Notes: generated from the sequence alone by a model not told the origin. Counted from the first letter of the stretch, positions 20,867 through 31,556 are shown. The stretch: DNA of 46,291 nucleotides from Planctomycetia bacterium (GCA_037147115.1 JBAWVV010000001.1:1-46291), one strand, 5' to 3'. Made by a program: numbers and translations.

Positions 20867-23800
20867 TCAGAGCCGCCGCTTCTCAAGCGACATGTTGAGG
20901 GCCAGACCACGGATCTCGTTGGTGAGCACGTCGAAGCTCGCCGGGGTGCCGGCTTCGAGGGTGTTTTCCCCCTTTACCATGCTCTCGTAGATCTTCGTGC
21001 GCCCCTCGACGTCGTCGCTCTTGACGGTGAGGAGTTCCTGGAGGATGTAGGCAGCGCCGTAAGCCTCCAGAGCCCACACTTCCATCTCTCCGAACCGCTG
21101 GCCGCCGAACCGCGCCTTGCCCCCCAGCGGCTGCTGGGTGATGAGGGAGTACGGGCCGGTGGAGCGGGCGTGCACCTTGTCGTCGACGAGGTGGTGAAGC
21201 TTGAGCATGTAGATGTAGCCGACGGTCGTCTCCTGCTCGAGTCTCTCGCCGGTGCGGCCGTCGTAGAGTTGTGTCTTGCCATGCCGGGGGAGGTTCGCCT
21301 CTTCGAGAACGTCGTTGATCTCCTCCTCACTCGCTCCGTCGAACACCGGCGTGATCGCCTGGAAGCCGAGCACCTTTCCGGCCCAGCCAAGGTGGGTCTC
21401 GAGGATCTGCCCGACGTTCATGCGGCTCGGCACACCGAGCGGGTTCAGCAGGATCTGCACCGGTGTCCCGTCGGCAAGAAAGGGCATGTCTTCCTTGGGG
21501 AGGATCTTCGCGATCACACCCTTGTTGCCGTGGCGGCCGGCCATCTTGTCGCCGACGCTGATGGCCCGCTTGGCGGCGACGTACACCTTCACCATCTGGA
21601 GCACGCCGGGGCGGAGTTCATCACCGCGCTTCATGCTGTTGAGACGCCGTTCACGGGAGTCGATGGCATCCTCGACGGCAGGCCACATTGCCTTGTGGAT
21701 TTTTTCCACCTCGGGTTTGGCCTTCGGCGAGCGGAGATCGAGCTCCTCGATCCGGAACGCAGCGGCCCGCTCCGCCACCACCTTGTGCTCCTGATCGCGG
21801 ACCAGCGAGCTGCCGTCGACCGCCGTCAGCGGCTTTCCGATGGCCTTGCCGATCTCCTCGACCATCGCGCTGAAGCTCTCGGCAACGCGGGCATTTCCCT
21901 CGTTCTCGACCTCCTTGAGCTGCTTCTCGAACTCGCGGCGCTCGTCCTCCGAGAGGCTCATGCGACGCGAGAACTTCTCGGTGGCGATGACGATCCCCTC
22001 AACGCCAGAGGGCACCTCAAGGGAGTCGTTTTTCACGTCTTCGCCGGCCCGGCCGAAGATCGCGTGGAGGAGCTTTTCCTCTGGCGTGAGCTCAGTCTTG
22101 CTCTTCGGCGACACCTTGCCGACGAGGATGTCGCCGGAGCGGACGAAGGTGCCGATCTTGACGATGCCCCCTTCGTCGAGGTTATGGAGAGCACGCTCGC
22201 CAACGTTGGGGATGTCGCGGGTGAACTCCTCACGGCCAAGCTTCGTGTCGCGGATTTCAATGTCGTACTCCTCGATGTGGATCGAGGTGTAGACGTCGTC
22301 CTCAACCAGCTCCTCGCTGATGATAATCGCATCTTCGAAGTTGAATCCGTCCCAGGCCATGAAGCCGACGAGGACGTTGCGGCCGAGAGCCAGTTCGCCC
22401 TTGTAGATCGCGGCACCGTCAGCAAGCACCTCCCCCTTCTCGACCTTCTGGCCGAGATTGATGATCGGCTTCTGGTTCTGACACGTGCGCTCGTTGAGGC
22501 CGACGTACTTCCGCAGCCGGTAGATATCGGGGGCGACGATGCCGCCTGGCGAGACTTCGATCCGCTCGGCGTCGCAGTAAGTCACCGTACCCTTGCGGGC
22601 GGCACGGACGATGAGCCCAGAGTTGGCCGCAACGTCGCGCTCCATGCCGGTGGCCACGATCGGGGGTTCGGTGACCAACAGCGGCACGGCCTGCCGCTGC
22701 ATGTTGGAGCCCATCAACGCCCGGTTGGCGTCGTCATGCTCGAGGAACGGAATCAGACCCGCAGAAACGCCAACCATCTGGCTGGGGGCGACGTCGATGT
22801 AGCCCACATCCTCGGCCCTGACGAGGACGAAATCGCCGCGGTTGCGGGCGATGATGTTGTCCCCCTCGATCCTGCCATCGACAACGGGCGCATCGGCCGG
22901 CGCGAGCGTCGCATCATGCTCCTCGTCGGCCCGCAACCAGACAACGTCATCGGTCAGCCGGCACTTCGACACCTTTCGGTAGGGGGTGACGAGGAAGCCG
23001 TAGGAATCGACCCCGGAATAGATCGCGAGGCTCGAGATCAGGCCGATGTTCGTGCCTTCGGGCGTCTCGATCGGGCAGATCCGACCGTAGTGAGAGATAT
23101 GAACGTCGCGCACCTCGAAACCGGCTCGCTTGCGATTCAAGCCTCCCGGTCCGAGCGCCGAGAGCCGGCGTTCGTGGGTGAGCATTGACAGTGGATTCGT
23201 CTGGTCAACCACCTGCGAGAGCTCGCCACGACCAAAGAAATACTCGATGGCTGCGGAAATACTCTTGGGATTGATGAGCGAACGGGGCGTCATCTCCGTG
23301 ACGTCCTTGAGGCTCATCCGCTCCTGAACGGTGCGCCGGAGTTTCAGAAAGCCCTTGCGGAGTTCGTCGCTGGCCAGTTCATCGATCGTCCGCAGTCGGC
23401 GATTGCCGAGGTGATCGATGTCATCGACCTCGACCTCGTTCTCACCCTCGGAGAGAAGGAGCATGTACTTGATCGCAGCGATCAGATCGTCGGGGCGGAG
23501 CGTCATCTCGGTCTCGGGGACCGAAAGCCCGAGTTTCCGGTTGATGCGGAAGCGGCCGACGCGGCCGAGACGGTAGCGGTTGGTGTCCTTGAACTTCTCG
23601 TCGAACAGGGTCCGGGCCTTGTCGAGGGCCGGGGGATTGCCCGGCCGAAGCCGCTGGTAGATGCGGACGAGGGCATCCTGATGACTGGGTGAGACGCCGG
23701 TGCGGCGCTTCGATTCGTCGGCGTCCTCGCGGAGGCTATTCATGATGAGCGGCACCTTCTGCTCATCCATCACTTCCACCGCCGGAAGACCCGATGTGCA

Positions 23801-24640
23801 GATCAGTTCAGCCTGATCGTGCGAGATCTTGCAGCCGGCCTCGATGATGATCTCGCCGGCCCGCTCGTTTGGCGATCCGTCCTTGTGCTTGGAGGGATAG
23901 ACGATGTCGTCGACCGCAATCCGCCCCTCGATCTTGGGGACGTAACGCCCGCCATCTGCCTTTACTTTCTCCGGCTCGTAGAAGAGCTTGAGGATCTCGG
24001 CGTCGTGGGTGTACTTCTCGTCCATCGCCCGCAGGAGCGTCAGTGCGGAGAACTTTCCGCTCTGGTCGATGCGCACCTGGAGCGTGTCCTTCTTCGAAAC
24101 ATTGAGCTCAATCCAACTCCCGCGCTCTGGAATGATCCGGCAATTGTGGGTCTTGCGATCTGCCGATTCGGTGTCAGCCACAAAGTCGATACCGGGCGAG
24201 CGGTGCAACTGGCTGACAACGACACGTTCCGCACCGTTGATGATGAACTCACCGCCACCGAGCATGATGGGGATGTCGCCGAGATAGACCTCCTCCTCAA
24301 CTGGTTGGTCGCGCGTCAGTCGCAGCCACACGCGCAGCGGGCGACCGTAGGTGAGGCGCAACTGGCGGCATTCATCGGGATCGTAGCGGGGCTTCCCCAA
24401 CTCGTAGCGAACGTACTCGAGCTTAACGGTGCGATCGTAGCTTTCGATCGGGAAGATTTCCCGCAGAACACCTTCGATCCCCTCGTCTTTCCGCTTCAAC
24501 GACGGGGTGTCGTACTGGAGGAAGCGGTCGTAGAAACGGGTCTGGATTTCGGTTAGATCGGGAATCGCATGGCTTGCGCGGCTGCTTCCATAACGGCGGA
24601 TCTGGGTGGGCTGGAGGCGGCGAACGGCGCTTGTGGCCAT
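20867..24640 (-). CDS. rpoB: DNA-directed RNA polymerase subunit beta
   Basis: 1257 aa. Motifs: [46 protein letters not shown]. Confidence 0.97.
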   Translation of the reverse strand: MATSAVRRLQPTQIRRYGSSRASHAIPDLTEIQTRFYDRFLQYDTPSLKRKDEGIEGVLREIFPIESYDRTVKLEYVRYELGKPRYDPDECRQLRLTYGRPLRVWLRLTRDQPVEEEVYLGDIPIMLGGGEFIINGAERVVVSQLHRSPGIDFVADTESADRKTHNCRIIPERGSWIELNVSKKDTLQVRIDQSGKFSALTLLRAMDEKYTHDAEILKLFYEPEKVKADGGRYVPKIEGRIAVDDIVYPSKHKDGSPNERAGEIIIEAGCKISHDQAELICTSGLPAVEVMDEQKVPLIMNSLREDADESKRRTGVSPSHQDALVRIYQRLRPGNPPALDKARTLFDEKFKDTNRYRLGRVGRFRINRKLGLSVPETEMTLRPDDLIAAIKYMLLLSEGENEVEVDDIDHLGNRRLRTIDELASDELRKGFLKLRRTVQERMSLKDVTEMTPRSLINPKSISAAIEYFFGRGELSQVVDQTNPLSMLTHERRLSALGPGGLNRKRAGFEVRDVHISHYGRICPIETPEGTNIGLISSLAIYSGVDSYGFLVTPYRKVSKCRLTDDVVWLRADEEHDATLAPADAPVVDGRIEGDNIIARNRGDFVLVRAEDVGYIDVAPSQMVGVSAGLIPFLEHDDANRALMGSNMQRQAVPLLVTEPPIVATGMERDVAANSGLIVRAARKGTVTYCDAERIEVSPGGIVAPDIYRLRKYVGLNERTCQNQKPIINLGQKVEKGEVLADGAAIYKGELALGRNVLVGFMAWDGFNFEDAIIISEELVEDDVYTSIHIEEYDIEIRDTKLGREEFTRDIPNVGERALHNLDEGGIVKIGTFVRSGDILVGKVSPKSKTELTPEEKLLHAIFGRAGEDVKNDSLEVPSGVEGIVIATEKFSRRMSLSEDERREFEKQLKEVENEGNARVAESFSAMVEEIGKAIGKPLTAVDGSSLVRDQEHKVVAERAAAFRIEELDLRSPKAKPEVEKIHKAMWPAVEDAIDSRERRLNSMKRGDELRPGVLQMVKVYVAAKRAISVGDKMAGRHGNKGVIAKILPKEDMPFLADGTPVQILLNPLGVPSRMNVGQILETHLGWAGKVLGFQAITPVFDGASEEEINDVLEEANLPRHGKTQLYDGRTGERLEQETTVGYIYMLKLHHLVDDKVHARSTGPYSLITQQPLGGKARFGGQRFGEMEVWALEAYGAAYILQELLTVKSDDVEGRTKIYESMVKGENTLEAGTPASFDVLTNEIRGLALNMSLEKRRL

Positions 24641-24943
24641 GAGCGATTCTCCCTATAAGAGCCCAAACTGGGCCCTTGGATGAAGACCTGGATGTCGTTT
24701 CAGAGCGATACCAACAACGATACCTCGATCGACGCCAAGCGAGATGGCGCCACTCTAGGCAGAGCCCACCCGCCGCGGTGGCAGGGGACCCCCATGCGGA
24801 AGCAGGCCTTCCGTCTGGAGAGCCGGGGGAAGATCGCTTGGTCCCACCGCGAGAGGCCGGCAGGGTTAGGCTGAGGAAGGGTGGGGCAAATGCCGTTCCC
24901 GCGGAACCACCGTCTAGAGGTTGACCGTCGGGGATTCGCCATG

Positions 24944-24993
24944 CAAAAACTATACCGGGCAGCGGCCGGAAGACCAAGCCTCCGACCGCTGCC
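24944..24993 (-). terminator. Attenuator/terminator-like hairpin downstream of rplL, upstream of rpoB
   Basis: On the sense strand: GGCAGCGGUCGG, a 12-nt loop, CCGGCCGCUGCC (12 bp including one G-U). It is followed by CGGUAUAGUUUUUG and starts 18 nt after the rplL stop. Confidence 0.35.
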
Positions 24994-25011
24994 ACGGTAA
25001 ATCAAGCAAAT

Positions 25012-25437
25012 TTACTTAACAGCGACCTTCGCCTTGGCGTCTTCAAGCTCCTTCTTGAGCTTCTCGGCGTCGACCTTGGAGATACCCTCCTTGATCTTGG
25101 CCGGGGCGCTCTCGACGAGATCCTTGGCTTCTTTAAGGCCGAGGCCGGTCGCGGCGCGGACAACCTTGATGATGCCGATCTTGGATTCGGTCGGGTAGCT
25201 CTCGAGGATGACGTCGAACTCGGTCTTTTCGGCAGCCGCCTCGGCAGCCCCGGCTCCACCGCCGGCTCCGCCCGGAGCAGCCATCATGACCGCGCCACCG
25301 GCGGCGGGCTTGATACCGTGGACTTCGTCGAGGTAGTCAGAGAGTTCCTTGGCAGCCTTGAGGGTCAAGGACACGATCTTGTCGCCGAGGTCCTTCGTAT
25401 CTTTGGTGAATTCACGCGTCGCTTCAGCCGTTGCCAT
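25012..25437 (-). CDS. rplL: 50S ribosomal protein L7/L12
   Basis: 141 aa. It has an Ala/Gly hinge, then [47 protein letters not shown] lies upstream of the start. Confidence 0.95.
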   Translation of the reverse strand: MATAEATREFTKDTKDLGDKIVSLTLKAAKELSDYLDEVHGIKPAAGGAVMMAAPGGAGGGAGAAEAAAEKTEFDVILESYPTESKIGIIKVVRAATGLGLKEAKDLVESAPAKIKEGISKVDAEKLKKELEDAKAKVAVK

Positions 25438-25632
25438 CGCTCGAGATCCTTTCCCTTCAGGAATGAGGCCGGCGGGAATGCCGCCGGCTGTGTGTCATGG
25501 GTGGTCGGTCGTCGCGCCTGCCCAGATTGGACCAAGTCCAGGGCCGGCGAATCTGAAAATGAGGAACCCCTAGTCATACCATGAAAGCGGGCCTTGGGAA
25601 GCCCGTGTCGTGGCATTGGTCCGGAATGTCGG

Positions 25633-26184
25633 TCAGGCCGCCGGAACCTCCGCCGATGCGGCCTTCTCCAGGTCGTCGACCCGGGAGCTGATCTGGCCGG
25701 CCAGCGTACCACCAGCACTGAGAATCTGCCCTGAGAGCTTAGCGCCCATCGAGCTGATTTGGCCGGAGATGATCGAGAGTTGCTCGGCCCGCGAAGGCCA
25801 CTTCGCGACACCTTTGACATCCGCCGGTTCAAGCCGGGCGCCATCCAAGGCCCCCCCGCGGAACTCAAGGCCCTCGTAGTCTTTGATCGTAGAGACGCGA
25901 TCGAGCTCCTTCGCCAGATCGACAACGTCCTCCCCACCCCAGGCAATCGCAAGCATTCCCTCGGTCTTGCCGAAGGCCACGGCCAACGGAGTGTCGAGCG
26001 TTGCCCGCCGCGCCAGGCTGTTTTTGATCAGTTGGAGATGGATCTTCTTCTTCCGCAGCGTCTGCCGCAGCTGGGTGGTCTTCGTGCCGTTGAGGCGGCC
26101 GAGGCTGACGACGATCAGATCGTTGACGCCGTTGAGGCGCCCCTTGAGATCGTCGACGAGGAGATTCTTGACAAGCTTGCTCAT
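25633..26184 (-). CDS. rplJ: 50S ribosomal protein L10
   Basis: 183 aa. Begins MSKLVKNLLVDDLKGRL...LRQTLRKKKIHLQLIKNSLARRA. Its position between rplA and rplL is canonical. Confidence 0.93.
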   Translation of the reverse strand: MSKLVKNLLVDDLKGRLNGVNDLIVVSLGRLNGTKTTQLRQTLRKKKIHLQLIKNSLARRATLDTPLAVAFGKTEGMLAIAWGGEDVVDLAKELDRVSTIKDYEGLEFRGGALDGARLEPADVKGVAKWPSRAEQLSIISGQISSMGAKLSGQILSAGGTLAGQISSRVDDLEKAASAEVPAA

Positions 26185-26288
26185 GGCGGATTTGGGCCCT
26201 GATCGGGCAGCGTGATCGGTGGAGGACTGTACAGAGCAGGAGTAAAACGGGACCGAAAAATTGCGTGACGGGGGAACGGATCGCAGCG

Positions 26289-26969
26289 TCAGGCTGCGAT
26301 CATCACCCCGGGAGTCATCGTGGCGGAGATGGAAATGCTCTTCACGTACTGTCCCCGCACGCTGTTGGGCTGCAGTGAAATGATGTGATCGATGAAGGCC
26401 TTGATATTGTCGACGATCTTGTCGACGTCGAAGCTCGCCTTGCCAACGACAGCGTGGACGATGCCGGTCGGATCATTGCGGAATTCGACCTTCCCAGCCT
26501 TGTACTCGCTGACCGTCTTGCGAATGTCAGCAGTGACGGTGCCGGCACGCGGGCTCGGCATCAAGCCACGGGGTCCAAGCACTTTCCCGAGCGGGCCAAC
26601 CAGGCCCATCATGTCGGGGGCAGCGATGCAGACGTCGAAGTCGGTCCAGCCTTCTTTGATCTTCTTGGCCAGGTCGTCGGCCCCGACTTCCTCCGCCCCC
26701 GCTGCCCGTGCCTCATCGGCCATGTTGCCCTTAGCGAATACGACGACTCGTTTCGACTTGCCGATCCCGTGGGGCAGCACGAGTGAGCCACGGACGATCT
26801 GGTCGGCCTGCTTCGGATCGATCCCCAAACGCATGTGGATTTCGACGGTCTGGTCGAACTTGGTCGGTGGCATGCTCTTGAGGAGCGCGACAGCGTCGGC
26901 AACGGGGATGGGATCTTCGGTCTTCGGCAACTTGGCGAGCATCGCCTTCATGCGTTTGGTGACAGCCAC
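26289..26969 (-). CDS. rplA: 50S ribosomal protein L1
   Basis: The GTG at 26969 gives (M)[13 protein letters not shown], a typical L1 N-terminus, and about 227 aa. The ORF-track extension to 27044 overlaps rplK and is not L1-like. Confidence 0.9.
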   Translation of the reverse strand: MAVTKRMKAMLAKLPKTEDPIPVADAVALLKSMPPTKFDQTVEIHMRLGIDPKQADQIVRGSLVLPHGIGKSKRVVVFAKGNMADEARAAGAEEVGADDLAKKIKEGWTDFDVCIAAPDMMGLVGPLGKVLGPRGLMPSPRAGTVTADIRKTVSEYKAGKVEFRNDPTGIVHAVVGKASFDVDKIVDNIKAFIDHIISLQPNSVRGQYVKSISISATMTPGVMIAA

Positions 26970-27033
26970 GGCTACGGTCCTGGAAGTGTGCGAGGGGATA
27001 GGGAGAAAGGGTGGAAGGGAATCAAGGCTGCAT

Positions 27034-27459
27034 TCAGCCTTCAACCGTGATTCCCATGCTGCGGGCCGTGCCCTCGATCATCCGACGGGCGTGGTCGGGA
27101 TCGCTGGCATTGAGGTCGTTGGTCTTGACGCGGACGATCTCGTCGAGTTGGGCCTTGGTGACCTTACCGACCTTGTCTTTGTTCGGGACGCCCGACCCCT
27201 TAGCCAGACCGGCAGCCTTCTTGAGGAGTGCCGCGGCCGGGGGGCTCTTCGTGTAAAACTCGAACGAACGGTCGTTGTAAACGGTGACAACGACGGGGAT
27301 CGCCATCCCGGCGGCATCCCGCGTGCGGTCATTAAACTGCTGGACGAACTGTCCGAGATTGATGCCGTAACGACCGAGCGACGTCCCGACCGGCGGCGCT
27401 GGGGTGGCCTGACCACCTGGAATCTGGAACTTCGCCTGTCCGACCATCTGCTTCGCCAT
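27034..27459 (-). CDS. rplK: 50S ribosomal protein L11
   Basis: 141 aa. Begins [29 protein letters not shown]. Confidence 0.95.
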   Translation of the reverse strand: MAKQMVGQAKFQIPGGQATPAPPVGTSLGRYGINLGQFVQQFNDRTRDAAGMAIPVVVTVYNDRSFEFYTKSPPAAALLKKAAGLAKGSGVPNKDKVGKVTKAQLDEIVRVKTNDLNASDPDHARRMIEGTARSMGITVEG

Positions 27460-27605
27460 GACGCTGACCTCTACCCCTTCCGGGGGACTGCTGGAAACGT
27501 TGCTGCTTGATTTGTGACCCGTCTACCCTGACCACACGCCTGTCCGGGCAAGATCGACGCTTGACCCATCGTTATCAGCCGCTGGGCAACGGCGGGGTGA
27601 GCCTC

Positions 27606-28361
27606 TCAAAGCCCCTCAATCTGCCAGTATTCGATGTCGACCGGGGTCGATCGCCCAAAGATACTGAGCATGACCGTGACGCGGCCGTTGGCCTCGTCGA
27701 TCTGCTCAACTTCGCCCTCGAAGTTCTCGAAGGTACCTTCGGTGATCTTGACCCTGTCACCCTTCTTGAAATTGATCTTCAGCCGCGGGGCCTCGTCGGG
27801 CTTGACCGCAGACTTGTTGAGAAGTTTGTCGACGTCCACCTGGAGCATCGGGCTCGGCCGACCGGCCGAGCCGGTGAAATCACCGATACCGCCGGTCTCC
27901 CTGACGAGATACCACGTCTCGTCATTGAGAATCATGTTCACCAGGATATATCCGGGATAGAGCTTGCGAGAAACAACGCGTTTTTTGCCACTCTTGAACT
28001 CGGTGACCTGCTCCTTCGGCACAATGACCTTGCCGAAGAACCGATCCAACCCTTGCATCCGGATCCGCCGCTCGAGGGTGTCGGTGATCGAGTCCTCGCG
28101 ATTGCTCTGAACTTTCAGGATGTACCATTTTCGCTCGCCGACCGGCGCGATCTCCTCGTCGGAGGCTGAGGCCACCGGCTTCGCGTCGTCACGGCCCGCG
28201 AACGGGTTGGCAAGCTCGGCTGGCGTGCCATCGTCTTCCGCCTCAACTGCGGCGGCGACAGCAGCCGGCGCGGCTTCCGTGTGGCCGTGGACCGAGGCTT
28301 GGGCCTCCGGCGCGGCGGCGGCTTCAGCCGGGGATGCGTCTGGGTGTTCGTGCTTCGACAT
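27606..28361 (-). CDS. nusG: Transcription termination/antitermination factor NusG with ~77-aa Ala/Glu-rich N-terminal extension
   Basis: The NGN domain starts at KWYILKVQSNRED. The KOW region is GDRVKITEGTFENFEGEVEQIDEANGRVTVMLSIFGR. Confidence 0.92.
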   Translation of the reverse strand: MSKHEHPDASPAEAAAAPEAQASVHGHTEAAPAAVAAAVEAEDDGTPAELANPFAGRDDAKPVASASDEEIAPVGERKWYILKVQSNREDSITDTLERRIRMQGLDRFFGKVIVPKEQVTEFKSGKKRVVSRKLYPGYILVNMILNDETWYLVRETGGIGDFTGSAGRPSPMLQVDVDKLLNKSAVKPDEAPRLKINFKKGDRVKITEGTFENFEGEVEQIDEANGRVTVMLSIFGRSTPVDIEYWQIEGL

Positions 28362-28433
28362 GCGTGGGGATGTCCGGGGGTATTACCCGAACCCTTGGGT
28401 CTCGACCGCGCTTGAGCGGAATCCTTGGATCGC

Positions 28434-28907
28434 TTATTGGATTGCCTGGAGGACGAACCGCCAGAAAAGGTCGTACGCCGCGAGGATGAACGACAGGGCG
28501 AAGATCATAAAGATAACCACCGCGGAGCTGCGGGCGACCTCGCCGAGCGATGGCCAGGCAACCTTCGCCATCTCCGACTCGACGCCGATGAGGAACTCCG
28601 CGAACCGCGGGAGGTTCACGGCCCGATAGGCGAGCCACACTCCGGCGACGAAAATGAGGACAGGAACGACAAAGCGGATGACCCCGAAGTCGTCTGCCGG
28701 CAAAGCCTGGGTCATCGGCCCACCCGCCGCGAACCAAGCGGGGAGGATCTGCGCGAGCCTCAAGACGGCGATTAACCAAGTGACTATCAAGGCAACGCAC
28801 GTCACCTGCCGGGTGACCCGCCCCTGACTGCGCTTGTAGACCGACGTGCTGAATAATTCGCGCCCCAGCGAACTGGGGACGGTGGAGTTTTCTTGCATTC
28901 CTGCCAT
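28434..28907 (-). CDS. secE: Preprotein translocase subunit SecE (three-TM form)
   Basis: The C-terminal FLIGVESEMAKVAWPSLGEVARSSAVVIFMIFALSFILAAYD is the SecE core. Two extra N-terminal TM helices precede it. Start taken as the ATG at 28907. Confidence 0.8.
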   Translation of the reverse strand: MAGMQENSTVPSSLGRELFSTSVYKRSQGRVTRQVTCVALIVTWLIAVLRLAQILPAWFAAGGPMTQALPADDFGVIRFVVPVLIFVAGVWLAYRAVNLPRFAEFLIGVESEMAKVAWPSLGEVARSSAVVIFMIFALSFILAAYDLFWRFVLQAIQ

Positions 28908-29126
28908 GGTCGGTTCCGTCCGGCGCGGGCGCTCCGTCTGATGTACCAAGGTCTTGGTATGAGAATCACGAAGCTGGCGGGGCCGACCCCGCTGCTTTAC
29001 TCAAACCACGTTCGTCAAACCCCAATCGTCGAACCACGATGAGCAAACCAACCGGATTTTTTTGATCCAGACACTACTTGACGCAAACTATTTGGGACGT
29101 GGCCAAAGCGACCAGGTCCATCGAAG

Positions 29127-29199
29127 CAGGGGCGGCGGGAATCGAACTCGCAACCTCTGGTTTTGGAGACCAGCGCTCTGCCAATTGAGCTACGCCCCT
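29127..29199 (-). tRNA. tRNA-Trp (anticodon CCA)
   Basis: The reverse complement folds as a 73-nt cloverleaf: AGGGGCG acceptor, anticodon arm CTGGT-CTCCAAA-ACCAG, T-arm GCGAG-TTCGATT-CCCGC... The position between tuf and secE is canonical. CCA is not encoded. Confidence 0.9.
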
Positions 29200-29204
29200 G
29201 TGGG

Positions 29205-29236
29205 ACCAGGCGCCGGCCGTTTGGCCGGCGCCTGGT
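29205..29236 (-). other. 14-bp GC-rich hairpin between tuf stop and tRNA-Trp (processing/stability or terminator-like element without U-run)
   Basis: ACCAGGCGCCGGCC gttt GGCCGGCGCCTGGT, a perfect inverted repeat. It lies 23 nt after the tuf stop and 5 nt before the tRNA-Trp 5' end. Confidence 0.4.
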
Positions 29237-29259
29237 GCTTCATCGCACAGGATCCGTGT

Positions 29260-30459
29260 TCAGTCGAGGATCTTCGTCACGACGCCCGAGCCGACGGTCT
29301 TGCCACCTTCGCGGATGGCGAAGCGGACACCGTCGTCCATGGCGATCGGGACCATCAACTCGACTTCCATCTTCACGTTGTCGCCCGGCGAAACCATCTC
29401 GATGCCGCTCATGAGCTTCGTCGATCCGGTGACGTCGGTCGTCCGGAAGTAGAACTGCGGGCGGTAGCCGGCGAAGAACGGGGTGTGACGACCACCCTCC
29501 TCCTTCGAAAGCACGTAGACCTCGCACTCGAACTTCTTGTGAGGCTTGATCGAGCCCGGCTTGGCAAGCACCTGACCACGCTCGATGCCTTCGCGGGCGA
29601 TGCCACGCAGCAGGCAGCCTACGTTGTCGCCAGCCTGACCACGATCGAGAAGTTTCTTGAACATCTCGACGCCGGTGCAGGTCGTCTTTTCAGCCTTGTC
29701 CTTGAGGCCGATGATCTCGACTTCGTCGCCGACCTTCACCTCGCCACGCTCAATACGGCCAGTCGCCACCGTGCCACGACCTTCGATCGAGAACACGTCC
29801 TCAATCGCCATCAGGAACGGCTTGTCGAGCTCACGAACCGGCTCCGGGATGTAGGCATCGACGGCAGCAAGAAGCTCAGCAATACACTTGTTTTTCTCAG
29901 GGTCTTTAGGGCTGTCGTAGGCCGGCTTGCCAGCGCCACGAATGATCGGCACATCGTCGCCGGGGAACCCATACTTCGTCAGCAGTTCGCGGATTTCCAT
30001 CTCGACGAGGTCGAGAAGCTCCGGATCATCGACGAGGTCGACCTTGTTGAGGAAAACCACGAGCGCCGGCACGCCGACCTGCTTGGCAAGGAGGATGTGC
30101 TCCCGCGTCTGCGGCATCGGGCCGTCGGCGGCACTCACCACCAAGATCGCCCCGTCCATCTGGGCGGCACCGGTGATCATGTTCTTGATGAAGTCGGCGT
30201 GGCCCGGGCAATCGATGTGGGCGTAGTGCCGATTGTCGCTTTCGTACTCGACGTGGCTGACGGCGATGGTCACCGTCTTCGTGTCGTCGCGGACGGTGCC
30301 GCCCTTTGCGATATCGGCGTAGCTCTTCGCAACCGCCAGATTCTTGGCAGCCTGAACGGCCACCAGCGCGCCGGTGAGAGTCGTCTTGCCATGGTCGATG
30401 TGACCAATGGTGCCGACGTTGACGTGCGGCTTGCTCCGGTTGAACGTGTCCTTAGCCAT
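29260..30459 (-). CDS. tuf: Elongation factor Tu
   Basis: 399 aa. Begins [29 protein letters not shown], with DCPGHADF and NKVDLVDD. Confidence 0.97.
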   Translation of the reverse strand: MAKDTFNRSKPHVNVGTIGHIDHGKTTLTGALVAVQAAKNLAVAKSYADIAKGGTVRDDTKTVTIAVSHVEYESDNRHYAHIDCPGHADFIKNMITGAAQMDGAILVVSAADGPMPQTREHILLAKQVGVPALVVFLNKVDLVDDPELLDLVEMEIRELLTKYGFPGDDVPIIRGAGKPAYDSPKDPEKNKCIAELLAAVDAYIPEPVRELDKPFLMAIEDVFSIEGRGTVATGRIERGEVKVGDEVEIIGLKDKAEKTTCTGVEMFKKLLDRGQAGDNVGCLLRGIAREGIERGQVLAKPGSIKPHKKFECEVYVLSKEEGGRHTPFFAGYRPQFYFRTTDVTGSTKLMSGIEMVSPGDNVKMEVELMVPIAMDDGVRFAIREGGKTVGSGVVTKILD

Positions 30460-30680
30460 GCTTGCTCCCTCGATCTTCCTCTCTGGTGTGTGGCTGCAGG
30501 CGGCGCCTGCCCTGGTCCCTGAAATCCTGCATCAGATCAAACTATCCGATCGATCGACGATGCCCCGTACGGCCAGGTCTGAACACGAAGCATCGATCGA
30601 TCTTGTGACGGGCGGCCTTCCGGAAGCCGGAAGGATGAATCTTTGGTTGAGGGAGCGATGTGGTCACGGCGACCGCTGGG

Positions 30681-30754
<74 letters not shown>

Positions 30755-30918
30755 GGTGTGCGTCGAGGCCTCGATGGACGGGCGCTTGAGCAGCGCGGCG
30801 TCGTCCCGGCGAGGACGCGGATCGGTCGATTGTGGCGGAATCGCTCCGTAAAAAAGGTGTCGGTGAGGGCGGTGTGACGGTGAGCGGGGGGACGTTGAGG
30901 ATCGGCGGCGGCCTGAAA

Positions 30919-30989
30919 AGCGGGTAGAGGGAATCGAACCCTCGTCAATAGCTTGGAAGGCTATCGCTCTACCATTGAGCTACACCCGC
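30919..30989 (-). tRNA. tRNA-Gly (anticodon TCC)
   Basis: 71-nt cloverleaf: GCGGGTG acceptor, anticodon arm ATAGC-CTTCCAA-GCTAT, T-arm GAGGG-TTCGATT-CCCTC. Confidence 0.9.
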
Positions 30990-31010
30990 GGTGCGGTCGT
31001 GCGGGCCCCG

Positions 31011-31067
31011 GCGGATGCCTCTTAACGCTGCGGATGCCACTGGTTTTAGCGGATGCCTCTTGGTGCT
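31011..31067. repeat. Three tandem 19-nt direct repeats (GCGGATGCC core) in the tRNA-Tyr/tRNA-Gly spacer
   Basis: gcggatgcctcttaacgct (31011-31029), gcggatgccactggtttta (31030-31048), gcggatgcctcttggtgct (31049-31067). Units 1 and 3 match at 16 of 19 positions. Confidence 0.8.
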
Positions 31068-31211
31068 GGCGGTGGTTGCTGGTTTGGAAGCGAATCGGCT
31101 TCAGAGCGTCTGACCGGCGACTCGGGCTAGAATTATCGACTTAAACGGGCAAAAGGGGCGCTGATCGTCAGGAACTTCGAAACCGGGGCTTGGGGTGGCA
31201 GAGGATAGAAA

Positions 31212-31293
31212 GTGGGGAGTGCAGGATTCGAACCTGCGAAGGCAGAGCCACTTGATTTACAGTCAAGCCCCTTTGACCGCTCGGGAAACTCCC
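31212..31293 (-). tRNA. tRNA-Tyr (anticodon GTA), long variable arm
   Basis: 82 nt. GGGGAGT TT CCCG AGCGGTCAAA GGGG..., anticodon arm CTTGA-CTGTAAA-TCAAG, T-arm GCAGG-TTCGAAT-CCTGC. It is close to E. coli tyrT in architecture. Confidence 0.9.
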
Positions 31294-31556
31294 CTCGTGT
31301 GATGGTGATATCGGTTGGGATCCAAATCTCCCCGAATCTAAACCTGCCGCAGGATCGCTACCGCTTTGATCGATTCAGCGCCACCGTTCATTCTCGGATC
31401 CGGAGCCGCCTTGGACGAGCATCCCATTCGGGAAACCGCGACCAATTCCACCCCGGCCGCGACCGTCGGGTAAAAGTTGGCAATTTCGAACAACCAGGCC
31501 CCGGTCGGACGAGCACTCGCTAGGAACTCGCTTGGAACCTCCCTGGAAATGGAGTG

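Noticed and set aside
26970-27044. N-terminal extension of rplA overlapping rplK
   Set aside because: The sequence [23 protein letters not shown] is not L1-like. The GTG at 26969 restores the canonical MAVTKRMK L1 N-terminus and leaves a 64-nt spacer.
31011-31067. Possible CRISPR array
   Set aside because: There are only three 19-nt units, directly abutting, with no unique spacers and no cas genes. It is a simple tandem repeat.
31294-31556. Degenerate extra tRNA in the 263-nt spacer (aatttcgaacaacc resembles a T-loop complement)
   Set aside because: I could not build an acceptor stem, D-arm or anticodon arm around it by eye. It needs tRNAscan or Infernal before any claim.
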